Shown here: in pieces, positions 36,895-48,719 of the stretch | How the letters are laid out: each line of letters starts with the position of its first letter | Position numbering within the stretch: the stretch's first letter is position 1 | From: Camelus dromedarius | Lineage: Eukaryota | Length of the DNA stretch: 64,000 bases | NCBI RefSeq assembly: GCF_036321535.1 | Contig: NC_087436.1 | Span: 61,816,001-61,880,000, forward strand | Direction of reading: 5' to 3' | The notes under the pieces: generated by a model | What the model saw: only the letters and a program-made list of their open reading frames with translations | What the model was told of the DNA's origin: nothing | The model's database searches: none | Made by a program: the position numbers and the translations under genes

Positions 36895-37596
36895 CAGTGA
36901 CTTCTGAAACCAACTACCCAGGTTTTGGCCATACCTCACATGTTAAGGGCAGAATTCTCCACAAAGCTGGCTTTACTACAGACATTGGCCATAGTTCATA
37001 GGTCCAAAGGCCACCCTCACTTCTGACCAGCTGGCTATAAATTTGTGTGTTTCCACTACCCTATCAGTTTTGATAATTTGCTGGAATAATATGCAAAACT
37101 CAGGAAATTGCTATGCTTACAATTAAAGTTTTTTATAGTATACAAATCAAAAGCAACCAAAGGAAGAAATTCATAGGATGAGGTCTAGAAAGCGCCCAAA
37201 TACAAAGCTGCTGTCTGTCTTCTCCCTGTGGATTCCGGGGTAGCATTGCCTCCTCCTGGCTTCAGTGTATGACAGTACGCAGAGTACTAGGAACTAGGGA
37301 AGCTCACTAAGCCTTTGGTGTCCTGAATTTTTACTGAGGTTCCATCACATGCTCTCATGATTTTCTAGCCCCTCCTGGAGGTTTGGTCTCCAGTTCCTCT
37401 GGAGATCAAAACTAATGAGGCATGTTCTAAAACCCCTATCCTAAGTCACACTGTAAGATTGTCTATTGGCCAAAGTACCCAGGCAAACAAGACATTCTTA
37501 TCAGGCAGGGCAGGCCAGGGGCCTAGAGTTCACTTTTCAGTGGCCTAAGGCAAATGTCAGAGAGCTCTTTGGACAAAGTTAATTCTTCACTACACA
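36895..37596 (-). mobile_element. MER21-like LTR
   Basis: 'ggccaccctcacttctgaccagctggctataaattt', 'tttgataatttgctggaa'; minus strand starts 'tgtgtagtgaagaattaac'. Confidence 0.85.
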
Positions 37597-37640
37597 GCAG
37601 GATGCTTTTATAAATAAATCCAGGGAACTGTATGCATGTC

Positions 37641-37712
37641 TGCACTTGAAGCCAAACTTGCACTTGAAAACACACCTGAACTTGTACACAAGTCTGCACT
37701 TGTCTTCAGGAG
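37641..37712. repeat. Degenerate 18-bp tandem repeat, 4 copies
   Basis: tgcacttgaagccaaact / tgcacttgaaaacacacc / tgaacttgtacacaagtc / tgcacttgtcttcaggag. Confidence 0.8.
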
Positions 37713-39322
37713 TCTCAAGTTTAAGTTTGTGGGTAACCTTTAGTGCTTCTTTTCCATGTATTTCTCTTTGAAAAGAGTATTCCTCCACATCAATTGTTTA
37801 AGAAAGCCCATTTTATTAATCTAACAACGTATTTTTAAAATCTTTTTTGTATTTCAATTTTTATTTGTCAGTGTAACTAAACACAAACATCTTTCAAGTA
37901 GTTTAACTTTAGTATGTTTTACGAATATAGTTTCTTATAAAATTATAACCTTCTTGAGGGCAGGGATTATAGTTCTTTAAATTTTTGATTTCTAAAGGCC
38001 TCAAGAGTATGCCTTTCATATGATTGTTACTAGCAAATATTTATTTGAATGAGTGTAACTGAATGCAGTCAATTTAACAGGAAGATTACATTAAAGACTA
38101 TAAAAAGCATTGGACTGTAACAACAGTGCTCAAAGAACCTTCATGGTTCAAACTAACCAAATATTATAGTGACAAGTCCCAACAAAAAGAGAATCCAGTT
38201 GGTGATAAACAGCACCAACTCTTACCATCCCAAAAAGCATCACTACCACCCCAAATATGACACTACTTCCAGTATGTTATTTTTTTATCCAGTATATTCC
38301 TTTTGTAGTTGGAGTTTTAGCTTTAATCCAGGCTGTTCCCAGTACATTCAGATGTGTCTTACCAGGAATCAAATTCATGTGAGGATGTTTGAAAGAAAGA
38401 CTTACACACATCCAAGGAAGGGGCATTTGAGAGCTCAGTAGAGAATTTTGTCCCCAGATTCTAACCCTCTGGAGAAAACAGTTGCAAGTGGAACCTGGAA
38501 GGCCTTATCCCCAGGGGTCCTTTAGTTGCTTGTGGCATAGGAAACCCTGCACTGGGTAATGATTTGCGAGTCAATTTTGGGCAGAAACTTTTTTTTTCAT
38601 TTTATGCAGATTCAGCATGGCTTGTCTGCACCAGTGAGTGAATGCAGAGCTACTGCAGGACATTGAGGGTCTACTGTTAGCAACAGCAGCAGCAGGAGGT
38701 TGGGAGTCCTCTAAGGGAAGGCATCAGGGTCAGCCAAGGGATGGTGCAGGGTGAAGGTGGACTCTATTCAGATGTTCCGACTTTAAATACTCCATTGATT
38801 TTTTTTTTTTTTAGATATTTCATTTGTAAAAATGATAGAGGTACAGTCTGTTATTTCAAAAATCAAACTAAATTTATGATTATTTTTTATGCAAGATGGG
38901 TCACCAAGAAATCATCAGTAATGTTAGGTAGCCTGTTCCCACCACTGGTCTGCATCCTACTGGGCCCTCTCTATTCTCCTCCACAGCCACTGCATAAGAA
39001 ACCTCACCCACCCAAGGTTCCTGGTTCTTCAATTTCCCTTAAGACAGGGCTGTGTCTCCTGAAATCACAGGTAATGGAAGGAGGTAAAAGCAAAATGAGA
39101 AGAGCGCAAAAGAGGAGGCATACTGGGAAGCATTTTGAATCTTGAGTTTTCTTTGCTCTTCACAGTGACAACTCACAGTGGATTTTCAAGCTGCAGGAAT
39201 GAGCTGTGAGTCCATTTCCTACACTTAAGCTAGAGGGATGGTGGGGAAGCTTCTGGCAGAAAGCAGAGGTGGCATAGGAAACGGAACCATGTTGTTCCGC
39301 CATCTAATGAGACAGAGGAAGA

Positions 39323-39854
39323 TGTAGGGGAAGGAAAATTTTCTCCTCTACCCTTTCTAGGTTCTTCTGGCTGCTCTAAGAATTAAACTGACATGAGACA
39401 GATTAACAGGAGAAAATGAAGTTTAATTATGTATGTGTAACTGGTCTATTAGAGAAATAAAGCCCAAGGACAAATCAGGCGATTGAGGCTTATATGCCGT
39501 CTGAGAGGAGAAGCGGGTGGGTGTTTGGGACTTCGTAGGGGAAGAAGGCTATTCATATGGAGATGGAAAAACAAATGTGTGGTAAACAAATGTTTGCTAT
39601 GCCACACAGAGACAGTGGGAGCCAGAAAGGACTTCGGTCTCCAAGGCCTGCTGAATTCCCCCCACCACACCTGTAGATATCTTTGGTGATAGGCCTCTTC
39701 CTGGACCAGGCCCTTTACCTGAATTCTTTTAAGGAGTTAAGGGGAAGGTAAAAAGAAATACTTCCCAAGTCTTCTGTTTCTTAAAAATAACTGGCCTAAA
39801 ATAATCCTTATGCCAGAGACAACATTCTGGGATGTCAAATTTTGTTCTTCTATG
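39323..39854 (-). mobile_element. ERV1 solo LTR (MER34/MER39-like) with 4-bp TSD
   Basis: TSD AAGA at 39319-39322 and 39855-39858; 'gagacagattaacaggagaaaa' and 'aaaataatccttatgccagag'. Confidence 0.85.
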
Positions 39855-39906
39855 AAGACTTGCAGTGGGATAATAATGAGGTCACTGTAGAAAAGAATAC
39901 AGTTTC

Positions 39907-40400
39907 TATATTAGAGATCTTCAGAGAAACAAACAATAGGAGATTAAGAGAGAGAGAGAGATAAAATTATGGGAACTGTCTCACATGATTATGGAGACTG
40001 GAAGTCCTACAGTCTGCCATCTGCAACCTGTAGAACTGAGAAAGCTGGTGGTGAATTCAGTCTGAGTTCAAGGCCTGAAAACCATGGTGGGGGGTGGGCG
40101 CTGGTGTACATTCCAGAGTCCAAAGGCCCTGGAACCAGGAACACTGATTCTAGATTCAAGGGCAGGAAAAAGTGGATGCCCCAGATCAAGAAGAGAGAGA
40201 GAAAGTTCACCATTCTTCTGCCTTTTTGTTCTGTTCAGACCCTCCAGGAATTAGATGATGAGGATCTTCTTTACTCAGTCTGTTAATTCAGATGCTAATC
40301 TCTTCTGAAACACCCTCACAGACACACGCAGGAGTAATGTTTCACCAGCCATCTGGGCATCCCTTAGCCTAATCAAGTTGACACACAATTAATCCTCACA
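39907..40400 (-). mobile_element. ERVL LTR (MLT2B-like)
   Basis: 'cagagaaacaaacaatagga', 'cacatgattatggagactggaagtcc', 'aatcaagttgacacacaattaatcctcaca'. Confidence 0.9.
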
Positions 40401-40694
40401 GCTCCTTCTGCCTTAGTTTCTAAATCCCATCTGTACTCCATCCTTTTCACCCCAATTCTGATCTTTCAGCTCAAGGATTTTGAGTTGTTGAATTTTGTAC
40501 CAGTTCTCTAAGGTAAATTCAGCAAATAAGTTTTGATACTATATTTTGCCTATTTGTTCAGTTAGTGCATTTTTATAGTTGGGGTACATTATTATGTGAA
40601 CGTTTTGTGAATAATCTGTGGGCATAGCTAGAATGTATAATGCTGTTTCTGTGGAGACATACATTCTGAATTCCAATCAGATATAACATATGAC

Positions 40695-41215
40695 TACATG
40701 GGCAGAATAATGACCTCCCAATGACGTCCACAGCCTAATCTCCAGAATCTTTAAGCATCTTATCTCACATGGCAAAAAAGGACTTTGCAGATGTGACTAA
40801 GGTTAAGGAGACAGCAATGGGAAGATTATCCTGCATAATTTGAGTGGATCTAATCTAGAAAAAAAAAATCTCTAAAAGTAAAAACTTTTTCCCGCTAAGT
40901 CAGAGGCTATGGTCGGAAGGAGATATGACATTGGAAGAGTGTCCTAAGATGGAATGTTCCTGCTTGGAAGGTGGAGGGAAGGGACCCACAAGCCAAAGAA
41001 CATGAGTGGCATCCAGAAGCTGGTCTCCCCTTAGAACAGATTCTCCCCTTAGAACCTCCAGAAAGGAACACAGCCCTTCCAACACCTTGATTTTAGCCCA
41101 CTGATACCCATTTCAGACTTTTTACCTCCAGAACTATAAGGCAATGCATTTATATTGTTTTAAGCTACTAAATTTGTTATAATTTGTCGTTTCGGATATA
41201 ACAACCAATTTATAG
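40695..41215 (+). mobile_element. MaLR LTR (MLT1D-like)
   Basis: 'ggactttgcagatgtgactaagg', 'aacctccagaaaggaacacagccct', 'caacaccttgattttagccc'. Confidence 0.9.
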
Positions 41216-41369
41216 AACATATCCAAATAGTAAGTTGGTGACTGCTTGCATTAATTGCTTCTTTGAGGTTAAAAAATACAGTATTTTTTAAATGAAGGTG
41301 CTGCTCCCCACCTATGCACAGGTACACACCTGCAAACCTACAAGTGAGCACAGGGAGTCTCTTACTTTG

Positions 41370-41550
41370 TGACTCTGTTTAGGCACAGTGCTAAGGGCTT
41401 AATGTATGTTCTCTCATTTAGTTGTCAACACCATTTCAGGGAGAGACCAGTATAGCCCCTCAAAAAGGTGGTGCTTTCCTTAAGATTCTGTAGCCACTAA
41501 GTGAAGAAGCTAGAACGAGTCAGTCCTGTCTGACTCCAAAGTAAGCTTGC
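41370..41550 (-). mobile_element. MIR SINE (diverged)
   Basis: 'aggcacagtgctaagggctt...tctcattta...ctgtctgactccaaag'. Confidence 0.6.
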
Positions 41551-41635
41551 TGAACTGTACCAGCACACAATGAATTCAAAACTAAAACTGCCATGTGCAG
41601 TGTTATTTGTGCTTTATTTAAATCTATTATGTAAA

Positions 41636-41667
41636 ACTAAAAGTGTCACTAAAAGTGTCACTAAAAG
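41636..41667. repeat. 12-bp tandem duplication (ACTAAAAGTGTC x2.7)
   Basis: actaaaagtgtc actaaaagtgtc actaaaag. Confidence 0.9.
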
Positions 41668-43821
41668 GCATACCTCATGATAAAGTTAAATGATGACAGT
41701 AAGAAAGACTCTCACTTTACAGTGATTTCCTTGTCCCAAAAGATTTTTATTGTGACCTTCAAATGACGTTTTTAATAAAAAACCCAGAATGTGCTCTTTT
41801 CCAGAATGGCCCTGCCAAAGCATTACGTTATTAAAAATCATTTTGATATATGTAGTCTTTGATAAAGGAAACATTATAAGACTGTGGGTATGCGTATGAA
41901 AAGCAGTATCTCAGATGTTGAAAAACACAGACTCCTAATACTCGTCATCTCTTCCTGTCTCAGGACAGTCTATGTCTGACCTCAACCCACCCCCTCTGCA
42001 GTCCACTCTGACATACCTACTGGGCTTGGCATTTGGGTCCCACTTTGGACTTTTGTGCTCACTCCTGAGACAAAGTCCTACAAGATGGGAAGCTTCATTA
42101 ATGATTCGTGTACATTGTGTAACCTAGAAAGAGGAAGCATTAAAAGTAAAATAATCATAAAATAAAGGAGTAATTATGGTGGAAATGAGGTGGTATATTT
42201 TTTTTTCCTTGTTTCTCATCCCAGTCAGCAGGATCGTAAAGAACTGAGATGTATAACTCTGAAAGACTGAAAGATGAGGCCCCTGTTACTACCCTTAAAA
42301 GCCACTCTGCTTCTGAACTCACAGGAGGAAGACAAATTGAGTCATTATCATTCTATAAATTAGTCGTTTTGAGAACCACCTCTCTCTTTGATTGCCCTTC
42401 TTATAATAGAATCTTTTGGTACTACCTAATAAATCTTTATTTTCAGGCGAAACAATGTCCAACTTGAGATTTCTGTTGAAAAGAGAACATCCCATCAGTC
42501 AACAGGTGCCAGCATTGTTGCAACTGAATCTGAAAAGAATATAGTTTAACTCAGTGAAGTTCAAATGATGTCTCTTTTTTTTTTTTTTAAGGCTTATTAA
42601 GGTAAACCAGTTGGTGCCTGTGGATTGCCAAGTGTGAGCTAGATGCCAAACAACACTGGACTGAAATAGTGTGTCTTATCCCATGAGCCAATCTTTCAGT
42701 GCACATTGATAAGATTGGGGGCTGATGAATGAATAAAGTATAAAAAATAGAGCCCTTGTCATAAATGTAAAAGATTTTTTCCTTTAGGATTTAATTATAT
42801 TTTGCTTAATACATTTCTTCAAAATATTACACTTGGAGCTTATACTCTAATGACTTTTATTAGGGTAGTTGTCAAAAAATAAATATGAGAAACAGTGTCT
42901 GGAGGAAGGCAATGACATCGTGATTAAGACAACAAACTCAAGTACAGATACACCTCAAAGCTCTGGATTTACTGTCCTTTTAATTTTGAGAACCAATACT
43001 CATTGCTGATAGCAATATTTCAAGAGCTTTTCAGAGTATTTTAAGAAAATAGGAAGGGAAGTAAAAAATTAGAGCACTTGAAGAAAATCGAATAGTTACC
43101 ACAAAATGAAGGCTTGGCCAGGGCATTCCCGCTGTAGTTGTGTACACAACTTGAACTTTTTCCACAGTTTCCTGTGACTGAAGACAACGGGTGTTCTCCC
43201 ATCTCTGTGGGTTCATTTGTAGTGATTTAAGTCAAGCTCCAGGGGGTCAGTATCCTTATCGGTGTACGTCTTACATGTGCCAGCAGAATGGTAGACACAT
43301 AGTAGGTAAGGAATGCAGTCACCGCTTGTAATAATAAAGGAATAAGAGTGATAAAAGCCGAGGACAGAGTGCTCCTTAGCTCTGAAGTCCACAAACTCTA
43401 AGCCTGCATGTGGGATTAACAAGTTTCTTATTATAAAGTCATTCTTATTATGAAATACTTTAAACCGTTTGGATGCCATTTAAATAAAATGGAACCAAGC
43501 TGTTACTGCTTTTAAGTCTCTGTGTATTGAGTTTGCAGTGTGACCTACCCCATCGCAGTATTTTCACTTACACTTCCCATTCATTTCTAATGTCTGCTGA
43601 TATTGTTCTCTGTGTTGTGTCTGCCAGAATGGATTGAGGCCATCCAGAGAGAGAGAGAGACAGATATTAGAACCAGCAGAAAGTGATTATAGGTGGCATC
43701 TGGCAGGAGTCATTTTCTCTTACGGCTTTGACACGTCATTCCTGGTAAATCGGTTCTATTAGCTATCTAAAGGCGCCAGATGTACCGTAGGAGATTATGC
43801 CAATAAATCTTTTGTGGAGTT

Positions 43822-43825
<4 letters not shown>

Positions 43826-43861
<36 letters not shown>
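43826..43861. repeat. (TG)18 microsatellite
   Basis: Read directly. Confidence 0.98.
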
Positions 43862-43871
<10 letters not shown>

Positions 43872-46800
43872 CTATTGCAATATAAACTATTGCTGATTCA
43901 TTGCAGGTCACATAAGCTCAACTATGTTTGTCTAGAAATGGATTCCAATTTAAGCTTCTTAGGTGCTTCCTTATTGAATAAATGTTTCTGAAAGTTGTTC
44001 TTTGCATGATATGACCCAGTATTTGAGATAAATTCTTTCAGCAGATATTGGTATATTGATAAACTATTTTATCTGTTTGACTTTGAATTTTTCAGTAGCT
44101 TATGTCTTGCTGAACTCAATAAATACTGCAGACACACTTTTAGTAAAATATTTTCATTGATTCCATCTATGTGAAATGAGGATTGCCAGATCAGAAAGTG
44201 TAACAATTAAGTGGATATATCAAGGGTATAGTATCTGGGGACTCACGATTGTTTGATGAGAGCTGTGACTTGGAGTCAGGATATTAGATAGTGCTGTGCA
44301 TGCTCTTCTGAGTTGCCTTTCTTTACTTTATGAACAGTAGCCACAATTAACCTCATCATTTATAATCAAGCTTCTTATACTAGAGCCGTGTCTACTTTCT
44401 ACCTCTACACTTAATTTCTACATTTCCTTCTCAGTTCAGTTAACGTCTGATTCTTAAAAATTATCATTAATTTCTAGTAATCATTAATGCCTTCTCTATC
44501 TTAATATCTATTGTAATATGTAGAGTCAGAAAGAGTTATCACACTTCGATTCTTTCTTAATGGTTGAATTGCTACCGATGCCCCAAGACCCAGATCAAGT
44601 ATTTCCTCTCTGATTCATCTAAGAAAATTGATCATTGCATCTTTTGTCTCACTCTTGTGCCTGGTGTACACCATTACCTTTGTATTTGTCACACCCTAAT
44701 ACTGTTGTCTAATTTTGTTTGATCTCACCTACTCTTCTTTTTTGAACTCTTTTGGCTTTTCTTCTCAATATAATGAAGTAAACAGAAAGGAAAAATAAAA
44801 GAGAATGTGGCAGAAATAAGAACTTTTCTACATCCTGATTTTTTATTTTAACTAGCAAGGCTAAAATATATTAATATGTTGTGTTTTGAACATTTGCTTA
44901 AGCACTACTCAAGTAATTCAATCACTCAGTTTTCATTGGTTTTACTGGTATGCTTTGAATAGCTACTACTGTGCTTATTTCTCTCCTTGGTGCTATAGAG
45001 GAGATCACATAGTATTAAATAGAGTATTTACCTTAAAGGAATTTATTACTCTTTAGAGAGAGAAATGATACACTCCTGAAAAACTCCAGGACTACACTAA
45101 ACAGAACCTGAGTTAAGTGCCTAATTGAGTGATGCAGCAAATTAATAACATGGGATTTTTGAAAATGAAGAAGTATATATATGCAGTGGCATCTACAATA
45201 AACTGGGGATGAGAGGTGATATACAGAGTGATTTCTTATATGCAGGTGTCTTCAAATGCAAAATAGTGGAAGACCTTCAGAGGACTGAAGTTAGCTTTTA
45301 TATCCTTTCTATACCAGTATCAATTGCTTTGCACAACGTTCTTAGTAACTTAATCTTTGTCTGAAAATTCCTCTGGCCTTTTAATTTTCACAGTGAAGTT
45401 GAAAACACATCCTTCCATGAAAAATTAGGAGCAGAGAACTTGACCTAATAAAGCATCTCTATAGTCTAGTATGGCCATTGTCACTATTCATCTCTAGCTT
45501 TCAGTCGGTCTGTGAGATTTAATACTCAGGAACCAGTGACTCTACTCACTGAAAGTTGCCTCATCTGCAGTGAAGTCATCATTTTCAAGCCTGACTTGCT
45601 CTTTCAAGAAAGAAGTCCAGAAAAAACACTACCCTGGTTACCTTCTCAAATGCTTTCTTACTTAATAGGATTGAGGGTCTCACTCTCATATTTTTTTGCT
45701 TGTGAGATGCTGATGCTTGGACAAAGTGGTTGATGATGGTTTTATGATGTCAGAGAAACTTCCATATTACTGAATATGACACTATTCATTTCTTTCCTGT
45801 AATTGTGTCAATAGAATTTTGTAACTTAATATTAAATCATTTTTTATAAATAGCAGATCGGACAACCTTCTGCCTTACTCTGATGTCTGTGGGAGGCTTG
45901 CCAAAGATACGGCTGATGAAACACAACCTTAGACAGGCTCCATCTGTCCCATTTAGACGATATACAGTGTCAGATCTCAGTGGTGGAAGTAATAACTGCA
46001 AGCTGCTCTCCAGGCAGACAGCAAGAGAAGGCTACTGATCACAATGATTAAAATAAACAAACCCTTAGGGTGGGTTATAGTCAGTATAAATTTAAACTAG
46101 ATAATCACTTTCAAACAGACTTCTGCATTTAGGGCCAGGGTCATGCGGAAAAATGAGACAAATATAGGTTAGCTCATTTCAAATGTATGTAATTTTGATT
46201 TAGCCATTAAGAAAATATTTTGGAGGTCACATTGCTTTCCCCCCCATTTAGAACATAATATAACACTTAACAGGACATAGAGCTGTATAAAAGGTTTCCT
46301 CCAAGTATCTGGACTCAAGGGCATCTTTAAGTTGGGTCAGGAGCTTATGATTCAGTCAAGCTTTACTGAAAAGTTTCCCCAAACAAGGTCAGAATGGAAA
46401 AATGTGTTTTATCGAGGATCAAATGGAACTTTCTTGAGTTTTAATAGGAGTTTCAATTACTACATAAAAGTCATTAATGGGGATGGACTTTCCAGAAGCA
46501 GAAAACTTCTAAAAACCTGAGATCCATTGAATGATGGGGAACTTCTTCCCCTAAAGGTTTCCATTTGAGGTTATTGGGAATTACGTAGAAATGTTTCAAG
46601 GATAGATATTTTTGATATTGCTTTTCTTTATATTTCTAATAAACATTAAACTAGTTTATATACTAGTTATCTAGTCAGTCCTTAGAAATACAATTTGAAG
46701 CCCTTTTGAGAATATTGAAAATGAGCAAAGGTGATTAAATTTAAACTGAGAGTTAATGTTTTTTGGTAGTCGTAAAATGAAGCTTGATTATCCATATGTG

Positions 46801-47364
46801 TGTAATTGACTTCTGAGGTCAAAGTTTATTTTAGCCTGCTTTTTACACTTCACTGCAAATTTGGTGAATAAGAATATAAAGGGATTTGTTTTACTCAATG
46901 GTGATGGTTCACTTTCATAACTATCAGGCAACATTTACTGAAGACCAACTAAGTATTTATTTTGTCTTGAATTCCAATGAGATTTTTATTATGTAGAAAG
47001 GAAGCAATCTTTTTTTTTTCCCCCTGAAACAGAAAGCCATCTAGTAAATTGAACTGCGGTGACACAAGATGCTAACATAGCTCTAGAAATGGAAGGCATT
47101 ATCATAAGGAAGGAAGCAGATATCTAAGTGGGCAAATAACTTAATCATTTTAAGCTTCATGTTTCCTCAACCATCAAATAAGGATGGTTTAGATGATTTC
47201 TAAAATTCCTGCCAGTTCTGATGTTTCACTTTCTTTGGTCAATGAATTTTCTTTCTAAACTGAAATAGCACAAACTCAATGTCATCCATGTGTACAGCTT
47301 CTAAGGGCTTAGAAATTTTAGGGTCAAATTCTCATAGTTCTGAAATTTCAGGGTGTCCTCTAGG

Positions 47365-47500
47365 TCATATTTTTTTCAACTTCAGTGCTATTGACATCTG
47401 GGACCAGATAGTTGTTGTGGGGTGATCCTGTGCATTACAGGATGTGTAGCAGCATCTCTGTCCTCTACCACTCAGGCACCATTACCGATCCTCCCTCTCT
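47365..47500 (+). mobile_element. MER20 hAT MITE fragment
   Basis: 'ttcaacttcagtgctattgacatctgggaccagata...tgtgcattacaggatgtgtagcagcatc'. Confidence 0.85.
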
Positions 47501-47529
47501 TCCCTGACCCCACACACCGACTTCAGAAG

Positions 47530-48290
47530 TAATGAGGGAAATACAAGCTGTAAAATGAGATACTCTTATATACACAACAGATTTGGTTAAAATGAAAAAG
47601 TTAGATATTATCAAATGTTGACAAGAATATCGCGTGTTGGACAAAAGGAATTCTGAGAAAAATCCTGGTGGAAATGTAAGTCAATTAGTTTGAAATCAGT
47701 CTCATGAGATCTACTAAAGTTAAAGATATTTATACCCTTTGAGCTAGCAGTTTCACTAAGTTTACACACTACCAAAATGACTGCTTAATTTCATCAGAAT
47801 GTGTGTATAAGAATGTTTATAGCATCTTTTTTCTGTAATAGCTCCAACTGGAAATGCCTTGTATTCTGGTAGAAAGGTTAAGTAAAATAAAATGTATTTA
47901 TAAATTAGAATACCACACAGCTATGGAATTAAGTTAATGATAGATACACAAAACCAGCATGGAAGAGTATTAAAAACATAGTTTTGAGCAAAATAATCTA
48001 GATATAAAAGAATCATAAATCATTCCATTCATATAAAGTTCAAAACAGGCAAAACAAAACCACACAGCTTAGGAATATACCATTAAGGAATAAAACTGTG
48101 AAGTCAGATTAACTCTGGGAGGGAGGAAGGGTGTTGTCTCCAGGAAGAGGCATCTGGGGGCTTGGCAGTATTTTTTTTCTCTTGCCCAAATGTTGGCTAT
48201 ACAGGTGTCCATAGTACAATAATTCATCAAGTTATACAGTTACATGTTAGCATTTTCCTGACTATGTATTACATTTTACAGAAATTTAAA
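47530..48290 (+). mobile_element. L1ME-like ORF2 end and 3'UTR
   Basis: 'tgtataagaatgtttatagcatc', 'ttccattcatataaagttcaaaacaggcaaaac'. Confidence 0.8.
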
Positions 48291-48719
48291 AACAAATGTT
48301 ATCTTATTTGCATAAGTACAGTGGAACTGACATACTGGTCAAATAATTATTTTTTTAATTTCTTGTAAGTCTTCAAGCAGAAAGGAATACTTGCAATAAA
48401 TGGTTTAGTTGGTAGACTAAATTTTAAATTTTTAAAAGGGGATTTTATGGAGATTTTGAAGAAAAGTGCTTTCTCAGTTAAAACAAAAAGAAAATTGAGT
48501 TAGTGCATCATAACAAATTAAAACTTTAGACCTTTCAAAAGAAGCCTGAAAGTCTTCATTTGCTACTCTGTGTCCTTGAAATATTTCTAGTTCTTTTTTT
48601 CACATTATCTTTAGAGTTGCCCCTCTTGACAAATACCAGGAATGACGTAATAAAGCCAGTTATAAGCATTTAACACTTAGCTGGGCCACTAACTTTTCTT
48701 GTCATTTTGTCACCACTAC

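Noticed and set aside
37641..37712. CRISPR-like repeat-spacer appearance
   Set aside because: Units are only 18 bp with 8-bp heads, the context is mammalian, and there are no cas genes
38220..38270. Weak ~20-bp periodicity (taccatcccaaa/taccaccccaaa)
   Set aside because: Two degenerate copies only; an ordinary old local duplication
38741..39145. 134-aa ORF
   Set aside because: Runs through a poly-T tract and AT-rich sequence; no domain similarity or convincing gene structure
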